Positions 50,628 to 63,210 are shown, counted from the first letter of the stretch. The stretch is 64,000 nt of DNA from Oculina patagonica (GCF_052425735.1 NC_135769.1:33232001-33296000); one strand, 5' to 3'. Numbers and translations: made by a program. Notes: a model not told the origin generated them from the letters alone.

Positions 50628-50693
50628 TTGACTGACTTACTGACTAACTGACTGACTGACTGACTGACTGACTGACTGACTGACTGACTGACT
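50628..50693. repeat. (TGAC)n microsatellite, probable retroposon tail (copy 59616-59664)
   Basis: Directly follows CCTGCCTTAATAAAGT. Confidence 0.85.
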
Positions 50694-50733
50694 TGTTTTA
50701 AAAAAGGTTTCTTGATTTACTCGTGTTTGCTGT

Positions 50734-51669
50734 TCAATTTAATTGTAGCGTTTCAATCAGGTCATGTCTTGGTAACATGTTCCCCAACATGTCCATGATA
50801 GCGTGTCGAATGTGTCTCATCTTCCAACAGTAAATAACAGGATTTAAAGATGAATTAAGAAACATCAGGGTCCATGAGTAAACTACTAAACCCTTCATTG
50901 CGGTCATTGGTCCAGAGGTTGCACTGACAATAAAACTGCAGATCTGTGGCAAATAACACACTAAAAATGCAAGATATACGTATAACATACCAACTGCAGA
51001 TTTCCTGACGCTAGCAGCGACATTTGCCAGTGCTACATGCTGTACTTGTAGGGCTTGCATTTCATTTGTGTGTCGGCGAACAACTAGATAAACTTTGTAA
51101 TTAAGTAACGATATAGCTACGAGGCAAGAAATATCGATAATAGTAAAAGTTATATCAGTAACATTCGTGGGAGTCCACAGCGCAAATGTTGAAATAAAAA
51201 CACTGATTACCCATATTGAGATCACCACAGCAACAACACGCTTGTGAGTCACAAGTTCCTGATATCTGAGATGAAGATGAATAGCCAAGAATCTGTCTAC
51301 ACTTATGGCCGTAACACCAAAGAACGAAGCAAGAGAAAACACCATTGTGATCAAAGTGTAAGTAGTATAGGCAGCACAGTTAGGATAGTTCCCTTGTAAC
51401 CACCAGACCATCAATACGACGTAAAAAGGTTGCCCTAGTAAACCAACACCAAGATCAGAAACAGCAAGACTCAGGAGCAATGTTTTTAAAGGCTTTGGCA
51501 ACGACGAAGTTTTTCTTATCGCGCGGATTGTGACAATGTTCAACATGATGGCGGTGTAGGATGAGAAGGCGTTGAACACACAGTTTGCGATGTATGATGA
51601 GTAGAGGTCTGCAGCTTCAGAACTCGAGGGCTGGTAACGAAGCAATAAGTAACAAAAAGAATTTGTCAT
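50734..51669 (-). CDS. Intronless class A GPCR (gene 10)
   Basis: 311 aa; all family motifs. Confidence 0.93.
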   Translation of the reverse strand: MTNSFCYLLLRYQPSSSEAADLYSSYIANCVFNAFSSYTAIMLNIVTIRAIRKTSSLPKPLKTLLLSLAVSDLGVGLLGQPFYVVLMVWWLQGNYPNCAAYTTYTLITMVFSLASFFGVTAISVDRFLAIHLHLRYQELVTHKRVVAVVISIWVISVFISTFALWTPTNVTDITFTIIDISCLVAISLLNYKVYLVVRRHTNEMQALQVQHVALANVAASVRKSAVGMLYVYLAFLVCYLPQICSFIVSATSGPMTAMKGLVVYSWTLMFLNSSLNPVIYCWKMRHIRHAIMDMLGNMLPRHDLIETLQLN

Positions 51670-53013
51670 GATCTTGAATGGTTTGGAAGAATATACAATA
51701 TTTCTTAGGTGAAATGTTATGGGTAAATTTTCCTTTTTGTCGCAGAACAGCCGTCTTTATCAGTAGATCGACTATTCTTGCTCTGACGGCGCGAGAGATG
51801 TGAAGCTGGATAATTGTATTTTAAAAAACTAGTGGGAAAAGCCCATATGTCAAATCATGATGTTTCTCAAACTTCTTTTCATATTTGCATAGTATTGTTT
51901 ATGAAAAGGAGCATATAATAAAATCCATCGCTGTGAGAAGCAATTCAATCTGTTTTAAACAAATATGTCAGATGGAAAAGCGCAATTGTTTTCTTCTTTT
52001 TCATTACAGACAGCAAACATATATATTGGATTATACCAATACACTAATGTTTAATTACTTTTGCTGACTGGTGAATGCAGCTGAATCCATAGGCTAAGAA
52101 TTTAAGTTGTCTTCATGCCGTCATTTCAAAACAAATGAACAGTTAATAAAAGTCGCCTACTGCCCAGCATAAGCTAGCAAAAGAGAAGTAAGAAAACATC
52201 ATTTCCTTGGCACAGACATCAAATATTATTAATACTTTTGTGGCTAAAGTGAAATCAAACAGCATCTATCTACGCACTTCCGACAAGAAAACTACTTCTG
52301 GATTGAGGGGATAGGAATGTCCGTCAATCAAACTCTTTCAAATAGTTGAGACATCCTTGAAGTGTGTTGAAAATACTCCGTGCAGCGTAATAGATTTTTT
52401 AATCTGTATCGCCGATTCTGTTACTACATTTGAAAAAATTTCGATGGATTTAGTTCTTTTCAACACTATCTTTCTGGGAAATCGCGAAATATAAGTTTCG
52501 GGAAATTAATCTTTTTATAATCGCGAACTTAACCCTCGAACCCTTCAACGTAACGTCGAACCTCTCCGTACGGACACCTCTCTAATACGGCCACCTCTCA
52601 ATTACAGACTGTCTTCGATGTCCCAACAAGATTTTCAAATATTTTCTTTAAAAAAAACCTTTATATTACGGACCCTCTCTAATACGGACAGCAGTGGTTA
52701 CAAAAACAACAAACGTAACGCTTTATTCGGATCCACCTTCTTTGATTTCCAGCCAACAGAAATTGATGCAAAAACAAGCCAGAATTCTTATGGAATGTAA
52801 AAATAAACAAATCATACAATTTTGTTAGAAATGACCCCCCCCCCCGGGATGCTAATAAACTAATATATTCTAAATTACTACTAAATACTTATATAAGACT
52901 TATATACTGAACGTAACACTTTGTTTATGGTATTGAGAACTTTTAAAACAATTGATGCTGGTCCCCGCGATTAATACTTTTAAAATAGCATTTCTACTGA
53001 TGTGGATCTCCAT

Positions 53014-53600
53014 CTAATTGCGACTCGGAAATATATTTCGCAGTACAGCCATGGTAGCCTGTCGAATGTGTCGCATTTCCAACAGTAAATAACAGGATTT
53101 AAAGATGAATTAAGAAATACCAGTGACGCAGTGTAAAGTAACAAACCATTTTAACTGTACTTGAATTGATATGGCACTGACAACAAACATGCAATTTTGT
53201 GGCAAATAACAAAGAAAAAAGAGGTATACGTAGAAGTGCTGAGGGCAGTTTTTCTGAGGCGCAAATTTTACCTCGTCAATAATTTCTTGTATTGGGAGAT
53301 TTGAGTTTGATTGTGTGGTCACGTACGACTAAAAAGATATTATAGTAAATCAATTCTCTAGAAAACAAACAACATCAACAGTAACAAAAATCGCGTAATG
53401 CCATCGAAAGAAGACGAAAATGCACCACACCACCCACAGCACAACACGTGAGTAAAGAGAAAAAAGCAAGAATCTGTCTCACGGCCACAACACCAAAGAA
53501 GAAGAAAGAAAAAGTAGGCAAAGTCAATACCATCAGCGTAAAATTGAACCAGTAACCAACAAAGATAGAAAAGAAGACAGAGAATGTTTTTAAGGTTTTG
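53014..53600 (-). pseudogene. Deletion-riddled copy of GPCR gene 7 (pseudogene or consensus error)
   Basis: Colinear with 41993-42740 but with many 1-10 bp deletions; 5' end not recognisable. Confidence 0.7.
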
Positions 53601-54489
53601 AAATGTGTGGAGAAGGGGAACACACATCATTTTTTTTCGGGGGTTTTTTGATGCGCCGAAATGGGGTAATCATCGTATCTATTTTGAGTGGGCACCACCG
53701 AGAAATGATTTTACACCATTGGGTTTCAAACAAAGAGATAGGAAAACTCCTTAAACAATATGAGCTGGCATAGTCTTTTCATTTCACTGTTATTAATTAG
53801 CAATAAAACAATCAGATTTCTCACAGCATTTCTTTTTTCTTTAAGCTTTTCCATGATGTCATCATACCCCGCCCATTAAAAGGTAGATTCCTATAAAAGC
53901 AGATAAGGAGAAGGTTGGAGAAAGTAGAATAATTAATTAAGATTTCTTTATTATTTTTTCATGCCAGCGCTCAAATCATCCGTGTAAAACTAAAAATAAA
54001 ATAGCTAAGCTGAAAAAATGGAAATAATACTAAGAATCATTAAAGCCTTTAAATGAAAAACTAACTCATTAACTAACTATCTTAACTAATTAACTAAGTA
54101 ACTAACTAACTGTCTAACTAAACTTTCTTTAGTCGAGGAAAACACAATCGGAGTACGAGTACGAGATCAAGGACAAAGACGACCTTCACGAATTCCATCC
54201 AGTTACATTCCCATAACCCTAACTCCTCCCTGTTCTGACCAGTTGAAAAGGAGACTATCGGTACAGATTTTGAAATCTCGTCCTTTTGTAACTCCGCCCG
54301 CGCAGATTTTCACCGCAACAGCCCAGATCAAATTCAAAAGTAATCAAAATGAAATAAAGATACACATTTATTTGATCACCACCAATTCACTTAAGAATGT
54401 AAGGAAAGTAGACTAAGTAAGTAAGTATTAGGCAGGGGGCCCACAGCTTGGCTGCAGGGGCCTGCGAAAGATAATCACAACACCAATAG

Positions 54490-55165
54490 CTCCTCTAGGG
54501 CCGAGCATCCAATAATGTTAAGAAAGAGTAAGTGTAGAACGGAGTTAAAAAGTGAGCCTGGCAATAGCACACAAAACAAATAGAACCTCAGCGATTCATG
54601 TCACTTGATTACTCAGGATTGGTTACGCGAATTAAAAAAGTATGAAACAAAAACTTAAGAACAGTGATCACCAAGGAGGTATAACCCTAAATCAATTAAA
54701 GACAGAAGTGCCAACGCCCATATTAAGATCACCAGGCAACCACACGCTTCTTTCACAAGCTCCTGAATCTGAGATGAAGATGAATAGCCAAGAACCTGTC
54801 CACACTTATGGCCAAAATTCCTAAAAACGAAGCACCAGAAAAGAAACAAAATACAGTAGGGACCGGTCAGGCACAAGTAGGGCTGTTTGTGTTTCCTTGT
54901 AGCCACTTAGCCATTAGTGCGATGTACAAAGGTTGAACCAATAAACCAACCCCAAGATCAGAAACAGCAAGACTCAGGAGCAATGTTTTTAACGGCTTTG
55001 GCAACGATGAAGTTTTTCTCATCGCATAGATTGTTAAAATATTCAGCATAATGGCGGTGTAGGATGAAAAGGCGTTCAGCACACAATTAGCATGTACGAT
55101 GAATAAAGCGGGTTTTCGGCCACAGAATCCAAGTGCAGAAATCCGTTACAGAATATATCTGCCAT
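54490..55165 (-). pseudogene. Deletion-riddled copy of GPCR gene 8
   Basis: 54867-55165 near-identical to the 5' part of gene 8; the rest is eroded by deletions. Confidence 0.75.
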
Positions 55166-56429
55166 ACTCTCCAATTCTCGTCACAGGTAGAAAATTTGAA
55201 TGCGCGTCCTTTTTGCTCTGAGTGAGTTTTACCCGAAATGTTTTTTGCCTGTGACAGATGTCTCGGACTCCACTCGTTAGACTCTTTCTTGTGCGATCTG
55301 AACTGAAGTCGAAAGACAAATTTTCAAAAGGAGCAATAACGTTCGTCCAGTGGGGAAAATAATTTTTTAAGTCATATTTTATACATGTTTTTTAAGAGCT
55401 CTTTGATGCTCTGTCTGTGCGCGCGTGTTCCAATTATGGAACAAACTGTAAACAGACCATTGCAGAGTTAATGAGAAAATTTTAAGCCTATCCAAAGTTA
55501 AACGAGGCGATACGATGTAAATAGTTACTACATTGGATGGTATTAGTTGGTTGTTTATTTACGGTGGTATTTTAACGGAAGCAAACGTTCCGAAGAACAA
55601 AAATACTGTTTGGGTTTCAGCTGGACTACACTCAAAAGGCAAAGATTAAAAAAGCTCACGTTGTATAAATACACCGAGCGATATTTTATATTCAAGCGCT
55701 GGTTTGAAAGTCGAAATAGCAACTGTGTTTAACAAACTGCCATCCTTTTCCTAGCGAAAGTTTATGTCGAAACAGGCGTTTTCCTTCGGCCAAAAAGTCA
55801 TTTTTTAGATTCTATATAATAATGCTATAAAAAATTTTTTGTCGAGATGATAGTTCTCAGTGAAAAATTAAGAATTACTCGGATCGAACTCCCAGTTTAG
55901 TTTTTTGCCTCGCATAAGTAAATTTCATTAAAATAAATTATTGACTGTTTTAAAACAAAACCATAAAAACTGTATTCACTAAGCAAAGCCTCATTCCACT
56001 CAAATTACCTCATTCCTAATTTTTAATTACTAACTCACAACGTCAACAATCATCTTAAGGATCTCAAAGATTAATGAAAGGACAAGAGGAGTCGAGAGAG
56101 AAACTCAAATGAACGCGCCCACCGACGCCGAAAACAGAACTAGAAACGGCACAAACGAGAGTATAGATAGTCGAGACGAATTATTAGTGAAGAAAGAAGA
56201 GAAGTCAAAAGTCACTCAGTCAGAAAGTGACAACAGGAAGTCTAAAAAATATACACCTCGACAAGGATGAGAGAAGATGTTTCCTCACAGGAGGCAACGC
56301 CAAGCTCAACCTCTGCCACCTCATAAGATTTTAGTCTTTGGAGAGTTAGATAAAATTTATTTCACTTCGAAACGAGTGGTGGTATAGCCAGTCTGACGTA
56401 CCACACAAGGGCTGTAATATCGGCTTTAC

Positions 56430-57281
56430 TAGTTTATTGGAAAATCGATAATAACAGCTTGAATTTCTATCCCAACAGTAAACGGGGTAAGATATCAACA
56501 CAGAGTCATTACAGTTCAAACCTTTAAAGTTATTTCGGAATATACTGCAAAAAAGTGCAATATGCAGATAACAAACCAAAAACACGAGGTATACGTAGAA
56601 TATGCCAACGGCAGTTTTTCTCTGCCTCGTAACATTTCCCATTTCACCATTCTGTGCTACCTGTTGTACTTGCAGGGCTTGAATTTGGTTTGTGTGGCGT
56701 CGTACAGTGAATAATCTGCAATAAACAACTCCTGTAGAAATAAAACAAAGACCTGAAAAAATAGTCACGAGAATTCCGTAAGTAATAGCTGCCATCCACA
56801 AATCGATAACGATAGAAATGCCTGAACACCCAAATGAGATCACCACAGCAACAACACGCTTGTATGTCACAATTTCCTGATATCTAAGATGAAAATGAAT
56901 AGCCAAGAATCTGTCTACAGTTATAGCCAGAATACCCAGAAACGAAGCAATAGCAAAGAACCAAATGATAATAAAAGACCCGGCATACATGGCACAAGTG
57001 TGATTATCTTCACTGACCAACAGTGCGATGTACAAAGGTTGAACCAGTAAACCAACACCAAGATCAGAAACAGCAAGACTCAGGAGCAATGTTTTTAAAG
57101 GCTTTGACAACGACGGCGTTTTCCTCATCGCGTGAATAGTTAAAATATTCAGCATGATGGCAGTGAAGGAAGAGAAAGCGTTAAACACACAATTAAGGAT
57201 GTACGATGAATAGAGCGGGTCTTTAGCTTCGGCAGTCCAGTCTTGGTATTGCAGCAATTCGTCACAGAAAGCATAATTCAT
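56430..57281 (-). pseudogene. Copy of GPCR gene 9 with damaged TM4 and 3' end
   Basis: MNYAFCDELL... near-identical to gene 9; compensating frameshifts in TM4; TM7 scrambled. Confidence 0.8.
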
Positions 57282-59616
57282 GTTCTCGATTATTTTGAAA
57301 GGTACGCGCGTTTTGAAGTAATATTTCCCTTCCTTTTCTTCTTGAATATTTATATAACACGAGAGTACAGGTGTCTCCACCACATATAGTAATTACTTCA
57401 TCAGAATATTGTTCTTACTCGTTTCCATAAATGGTCATGGAAAAAGTTGCAAACAGCAATAGAGTTAATCCAACAAAAAACAAGGAAATTTTACTTTTTT
57501 TGCAATTTGTGTTGATTTTTTCTCTTTCATTTCTGTGCCCCGTTAATACGCATTTTAATTTTGTTGCTTGCGTCGTAAATTAACGGCACAACTTTCGCTG
57601 ATTCGATTGGAGTATTATGATAATTTATTCTTTGACAATGGACAAACATGCATTTGCGAATTAACATCGTCACTAGGCTGAACGTCTGGTTTTAACAATG
57701 AACTAGTTTGTAGATTGGATCCTCAATGTCTAATGCTCGGCTCCTATTTTTAGCTTAATTAACAAACGTCACGTTATTTGTCCTACACTTAACTCAACTT
57801 AACATCCGTACATACGTCATTTGAAAACAAGAATATTGAGCGCGCCAATAACCTAACACAGGTGTTTCCGACCTGTCTATCTGAAATTAGCTGCTTTGAA
57901 AAAAGTTCCTCTTAAAGCTACGGATAAAAACAGAACGTTAGATTATAAACGGGAAATTAATTGTCGCAATAAGTTGATCAAGAAAGCTATTAGACTTCAG
58001 AAAAGTAAAAAGCAATGTGATGACAACTGCACGGAGACACCACAACGCGGGCTCATGAGTGATATATGTCTTATTCTCCTTACCATATCAATACATTGTC
58101 AGGAGAAAGGTGTGAGAATAGAGAAAATCACAGCTAGCAAATCACAGCAACCAAGTTTGAACTACACAGAAACCAGAAGTTAGGTTACTTTTTAGTCAGA
58201 AATAAAGTTTTAGTTTCTAGCACTTTATCAACTAAGTAAAAATAGTTGATCCAACTGGAAGTTGGTAAAGGTAAATAAACCGCGTAGCGAATTTTAATAA
58301 GCTGACGTTTCGAGCGTTGACCCTTCGTCGTGTTTCTTGTCAGAGACTGCAAGCCGGTTAGTAGTTAGAGGCCGAGCTAACATACTTTTTTTGGACCGCA
58401 CGTGTACACAGGAAGCTAGAAGGTTGACAAAATGTTAAAATCCATTTCTGTTTTCCTACCAGCAGTGGTCATTTGCCAGTTTAATTTTCCTTCCTTTATA
58501 TTGTGGCAATATCTTATTCATGATTAATAAGTCAAGTTATTCAAATTTATATATCAGTGATTCTGTTCACTGTTGTTCAGCCAGGCATGTGCAAAGTTTC
58601 ATATTTTTTGAAACTGTGAGACTAAAGATCAGCCGTTTACATCAAAACATTCGGAACAAAATGGAAATGAAACATGATAGATTAATTTAATCCAGCAGTC
58701 AGGCACCTGCTGTAAAATGAGAATATACCTGCCTGTCAAGTTTAGTGGGTTGGAGCATTTCGTGTAGAAAGTCATTTCTGCGGCTGAATGACCTTGTTTG
58801 TTTAATACAAATGCAAAAAACAAGTTCCGGCACATTGGAAAGTAATAAATGAACAAACCAAAATAGCAAGAGGGACGTGAGTCAATTCTCCTTGGTGCAT
58901 ATCAACTACTTTAAGAGTCAAGTCTCTTTTTATAAATTTTTTATTAATCACATGGAGAGAAATTCAGTTTCCACCAAGCATTTTTCTCCGAGGTGATCAG
59001 GTTTTCATTCTCACAGCCTATCATACCCAGAATAATAGATAATTGTGTCTTCAGCATACACTGATGCTAAGTGACGGACCATTAGAAATAGCCAGAGGGT
59101 GGTGAATTTCCCCCAAAAAATTCCTGCAAGGGAAACTTGTCTAAAAAGAAAATTCCTGCAAGCGGTTGTACCTGAAAAAATTCATGCAATGGAAGAAAAC
59201 AAGTCCTGCAGACAAGTACGCCTTAACAAAAAATTCGTGCACGGAAACTTTTTTAACTACCCCCCCCCTCCCCCCGGTTATTTCTAATGGTCTGTACCTA
59301 ATCGACGAGTGCGATAAACACTGGGGCTAATCGTCAATGTCTGTCACAGACAGTATAACCAAGAGGGGGGTCCTGAGGAACGCCGAAGCCTAGAGGAAGG
59401 CTAGATGGTTTATTCCTTTCTATATAAAGTTCTCTGCGAACAGGTAGTCAGATAATTCCTGAACCAGCCGAGACTGTGCCCTCTAACTCCGTACTGCTGC
59501 AGCTTTAACTATTATATTTTCTTAAGACAAATTATTTTGTTTTCACCAGCAGGGCTCCTCTGCCTCTCTGGATCCCATCCAAGTTGCTGAATGGGCCATC
59601 CTGCCTTAATAAAGTT

Positions 59617-59648
<32 letters not shown>

Positions 59649-59704
59649 AACTGACTTACTGACTTGTTTTAAAAAAGGTTTCTTGATTTACTCGTTTTTG
59701 CTGT

Positions 59705-60638
59705 TCAATTTAATTGTAGCGTTTCAATCAGGTCATGTCCTGGAAACATGTTCCCCAACATGTCCATGATAGCGTGTCGAATGTGTCTCATCTTCCAACA
59801 GTAAATAACAGGATTTAAAGATGAATTAAGAAACATCAGGGTCCATGAGTAAACTACTAAACCCTTCATAGCGGTCATTGGTCCAGAGGTTGCACTGACA
59901 ATAAAACTGCAGATCTGTGGCAAATAACACACTAAAAATGCAAGATATACGTATAACATACCAACTGCAGATTTCCTGACGCTAGCAGCGACATTTGCCA
60001 GTGCTACATGCTGTACTTGTAGGGCTTGCATTTCATTTGTGTGTCGGCGAACAACTAGATAAACTTTGTAATTAAGTAACGATGTAGCTACGAGGCAAGA
60101 AATATCGATAATAGTCAAGTTATATCAGTAACATTCGTGGGAGTCCACAGCGCAAATGTTGAAATAAAAACACTGATTACTCATATTGAGATCACCACAG
60201 CAACAACACGCTTGTGAGTCACAAGTTCCTGATATCTGAGATGAAGATGAATAGCCAAGAATCTGTCTACACTTATGGCCGTAACACCAAAGAACGAAGC
60301 AAGAGAAAACACTATTGTGATCAAAGTGTAAGTAGTATAGGCAGTACAGTTAGGATAGTTCCCTTGTAACCACCAGACCATCAATACGACGTAAAAAGGT
60401 TGCCCTAGTAAACCAACACCAAGATCAGAAACAGCAAGACTCAGGAGCAATGTTTTTAAAGGCTTTGGCAACGACGAAGTTTTTCTTATCGCGTGGATTG
60501 TGACAATGTTCAACATGATGGCGGTGTAGGATGAGAAGGCGTTGAACACACAGTTTGCGATGTATGATGAGTAGAGGTCTGCAGCTTCAGAACTCGAGGG
60601 CTGGTAACGAAGCAATAAGTAACAAAAAGAATTTTCAT
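59705..60638 (-). pseudogene. Copy of GPCR gene 10 with two 1-bp deletions and a W->stop
   Basis: Near-identical to 50734-51669; deletions near 60634 and 60116; TGA at 60181-60183. Confidence 0.85.
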
Positions 60639-61520
60639 GATCTTGAATGGTTTGGAAGAATATACAATATTTTTAGGTGAAATGTTATGGGTAAATTTTC
60701 CTTTTTGTCGCAGAACAGCCGTCTTTATCAGTAGATCGACTATTCTTGCTCTGACGGCGCGAGAGATGTGAAGCTGGATAATTGTATTTTCGTGTTAATA
60801 CTAAAACTATTGGGAAAAGCCCATATGTCAAATCATGATGTTTCTCAAACTTCTTTTCATATTTGCATAGTATTGTTAATGAAAAGGAGCATATAATAAA
60901 ATCCATCGCTGTGAGAAGCAATTCAATCTGTTTTAAACAAATATGTCAGATGGAAAAGCGCAATTGTTTTCTTCTTTTTCATTACAGATAGCAAACATAT
61001 TTATTGGATTATACCAATACACTAATGTTTAATTACTTTTGCTGACTGGTGAATGCAGCTGAATTCATAGGCTAAGAATTTAAGTTGTCTTCATGCCGTC
61101 ATTTCAAAACAAATGAACAGTTAATAAAAGTCGCCTACTGCCCAGCATAAGCTAGCAAAAGAGAAGTAAGAAAACATCATTTCCTTGGCACATACATCAA
61201 ATATTATTAATACTTTTGTGGCTAAAGTGAAATCAAACAGCATCTATCTACGCACTTCCGACAAGAAAACTACTTCTGGATTGAGGGGATAGGAATGTCC
61301 GTCAATCAAACTCTTTCAAATAGTTGAGACATCCTTGAAGTGTGTTGAAAATACTCCGTGCAGCGTAATGGATTTTTTAATCTGTATCGCCGATTCTGTT
61401 ACTACATTTGAAAAAATTTCGATGAATTTAGTTCTTTTCAACACTATCTTTCTGGGAAATCGTGAAATATAAGTTTCGGGAAATTAATCTTTTTAATCGC
61501 GAACTTAACCCTCGAACGTA

Positions 61521-61660
61521 CAGTCGAACCTCTCCGTACGGACACCTCTCTAATACGGCCACCTCTCAATTACGGACTGTCTTCGATGTCCCAACAAGAT
61601 TTTCATATATTTTCTTTAAAAAAAACCCTTTATACTACGGACCCTCTCTAATACGGACAG
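61521..61660. mobile_element. One-ended pogo-like MITE (copy at ~52555-52690)
   Basis: TA|CAGTCGAACCTCTCCGTACGGACACC with repeated TAATACGGAC; right TIR not found. Confidence 0.55.
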
Positions 61661-61936
61661 CAGTGGTTACAAAAACAACAAACGTAATGCTTTATTCGGA
61701 TCCACCTTCTTTGATTTCCGGCCAACAGAAATTGATGCAAAAACAAGCCAGAATTCTTACGGAATGTAAAAATAAGCAAATCATACAATTTTGTTAGAAA
61801 TGACGACTTTTGACCAGATTGGAATTGTGAAACCCAGTACCTGATGACAGTTTCAGTACATAGAGGACGAAGGATAATCCGAATAAGTTCATTGTGTCCA
61901 ACAATTCAGACCACAAATGAAGATCTTGATAAATAG

Positions 61937-61978
61937 ATTGTTATATTTCGGTATGAACTATACCATCATCAGACTAAT
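61937..61978 (-). ncRNA. Hammerhead ribozyme (Penelope 3' UTR, minus arm)
   Basis: Reverse complement of 63787-63828. Confidence 0.78.
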
Positions 61979-62041
61979 AAAATTAACATACAAGCTAGAT
62001 CTTAAATACTGCGAGTGAGGAGACGAAAACAATAAGTTTAC

Positions 62042-63145
62042 TCAGGAGAATAGATAGAGTTCTCTGCTGGATTTTAGTCCATTGTTTAGGGAAGGTGCTA
62101 GGCGTTTGATATAATAAGCCTCTTTGTATAGAAGAAGATTCCAGTTGTGGTCACAGTCTAATACCGTTGTATTATCACGGACAACATGGGTGAAGTATTC
62201 TTTGTCATTACTGATAGAAGGTGGAGCAATGTCAGTGTTTAAATTATCCGGTAAATTACATAAATCGCGAATAAAAAGTAAATGGTTACACGTTCGCAGG
62301 TGTTTGTAAATTGCGCTCTCTTTGTCAGAGATTGCGTGTTCATGTGTTCGGACGAAAAGAGTTCTGTCCGTTTTGCCGATGTACGCTGATTGGCAGCCAG
62401 GGCATTTAAACTTGTAAACAACATGTGATTTATTCAGAAGTGGAACTCGATCTTTATTGTTCGTGTAGAAACATAGTTTCGTTGTTTTCTCGCGTACTTT
62501 TATCTCGATGTTAGAGTTTGTAAGACATCTGCGAAGCTTTCTTTTGAAGGATCTTAAGAGTTGGGATGTTTTGTCTCCGATGTACGGGACAGAAAGCCAG
62601 ATGGTTATGGAGTTTTCCTTGTCTTTGTTCGCTGCTGTACGGATCTTATTCAGGGCATCGTAAGAGAACCGTCGAATTAGTGCGTTTGCAATGCGCGAGG
62701 GGAAATTGTTCCAAGATATGATCGTTTTGAGCCGTTTTAGTTCAGATTTAAGCATATTAGGTGAACAGATACTGTGGATGCGGTTGACTAGGGCTTTAAT
62801 CCAAGAAATTTTTTGGCGCCATGGAACGAAACTATCAAAGTTTGTGTATTGGCCTGTAAAGGTGTCCTTACGGTAGATTCCGATGCCGTTAGTTAAAATG
62901 TTGATATCCAGAAAGTGCGGAGTGGTATTTTCAAAGAGATCATAAGTAAAGCGGATGTTCTTGTCAAACTTGTGGAAAAGTTCTAGAATGATGTCGATTG
63001 TGTCAGGTTTTATCAAGAGTAGTGTGTCGTCAACGTATCTACAATAGAAGGTGATAAGTCCTCGATCAATGAGTTGCTTGACAATTGTCTCCTTAAACTC
63101 CGTCATAATAATATTGGCTAACACTGGGCCTAGCGAGCCACCCAT
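62042..63145 (-). CDS. Penelope-like RT C-terminal half + GIY-YIG endonuclease (5'-truncated)
   Basis: YCRYVDD, FLD, IYRK, HVVYKFKCPGC..YIGKT.R...R..EH, KEAYYI..P.LN; frame stays open upstream to the inversion junction ~63210. Confidence 0.88.
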   Translation of the reverse strand: MGGSLGPVLANIIMTEFKETIVKQLIDRGLITFYCRYVDDTLLLIKPDTIDIILELFHKFDKNIRFTYDLFENTTPHFLDINILTNGIGIYRKDTFTGQYTNFDSFVPWRQKISWIKALVNRIHSICSPNMLKSELKRLKTIISWNNFPSRIANALIRRFSYDALNKIRTAANKDKENSITIWLSVPYIGDKTSQLLRSFKRKLRRCLTNSNIEIKVREKTTKLCFYTNNKDRVPLLNKSHVVYKFKCPGCQSAYIGKTDRTLFVRTHEHAISDKESAIYKHLRTCNHLLFIRDLCNLPDNLNTDIAPPSISNDKEYFTHVVRDNTTVLDCDHNWNLLLYKEAYYIKRLAPSLNNGLKSSRELYLFS

Positions 63146-63210
63146 GCTGACACCATCGATTTGCTCATACAGCTGGTTGTTGCAGGAAAATGCAGTTTTT
63201 GTGCATTTTA

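Larger units (their letters stand above)
41811..61804. repeat. Tandem segmental duplication (41811-52833 / 52834-61804) carrying four GPCRs
   Basis: Both copies start poly-C-GGGATGCTAATAAAC and end TTGTTAGAAATGAC; same gene and MITE order. Confidence 0.92.

Noticed and set aside
56346-57383. 345-aa ORF as an intact, N-terminally extended GPCR
   Set aside because: The extension and C-terminus arise from deletions relative to gene 9; TM7 is destroyed.
61836-61885. CTGATGA as an additional hammerhead
   Set aside because: No convincing stem II followed by GAAA.
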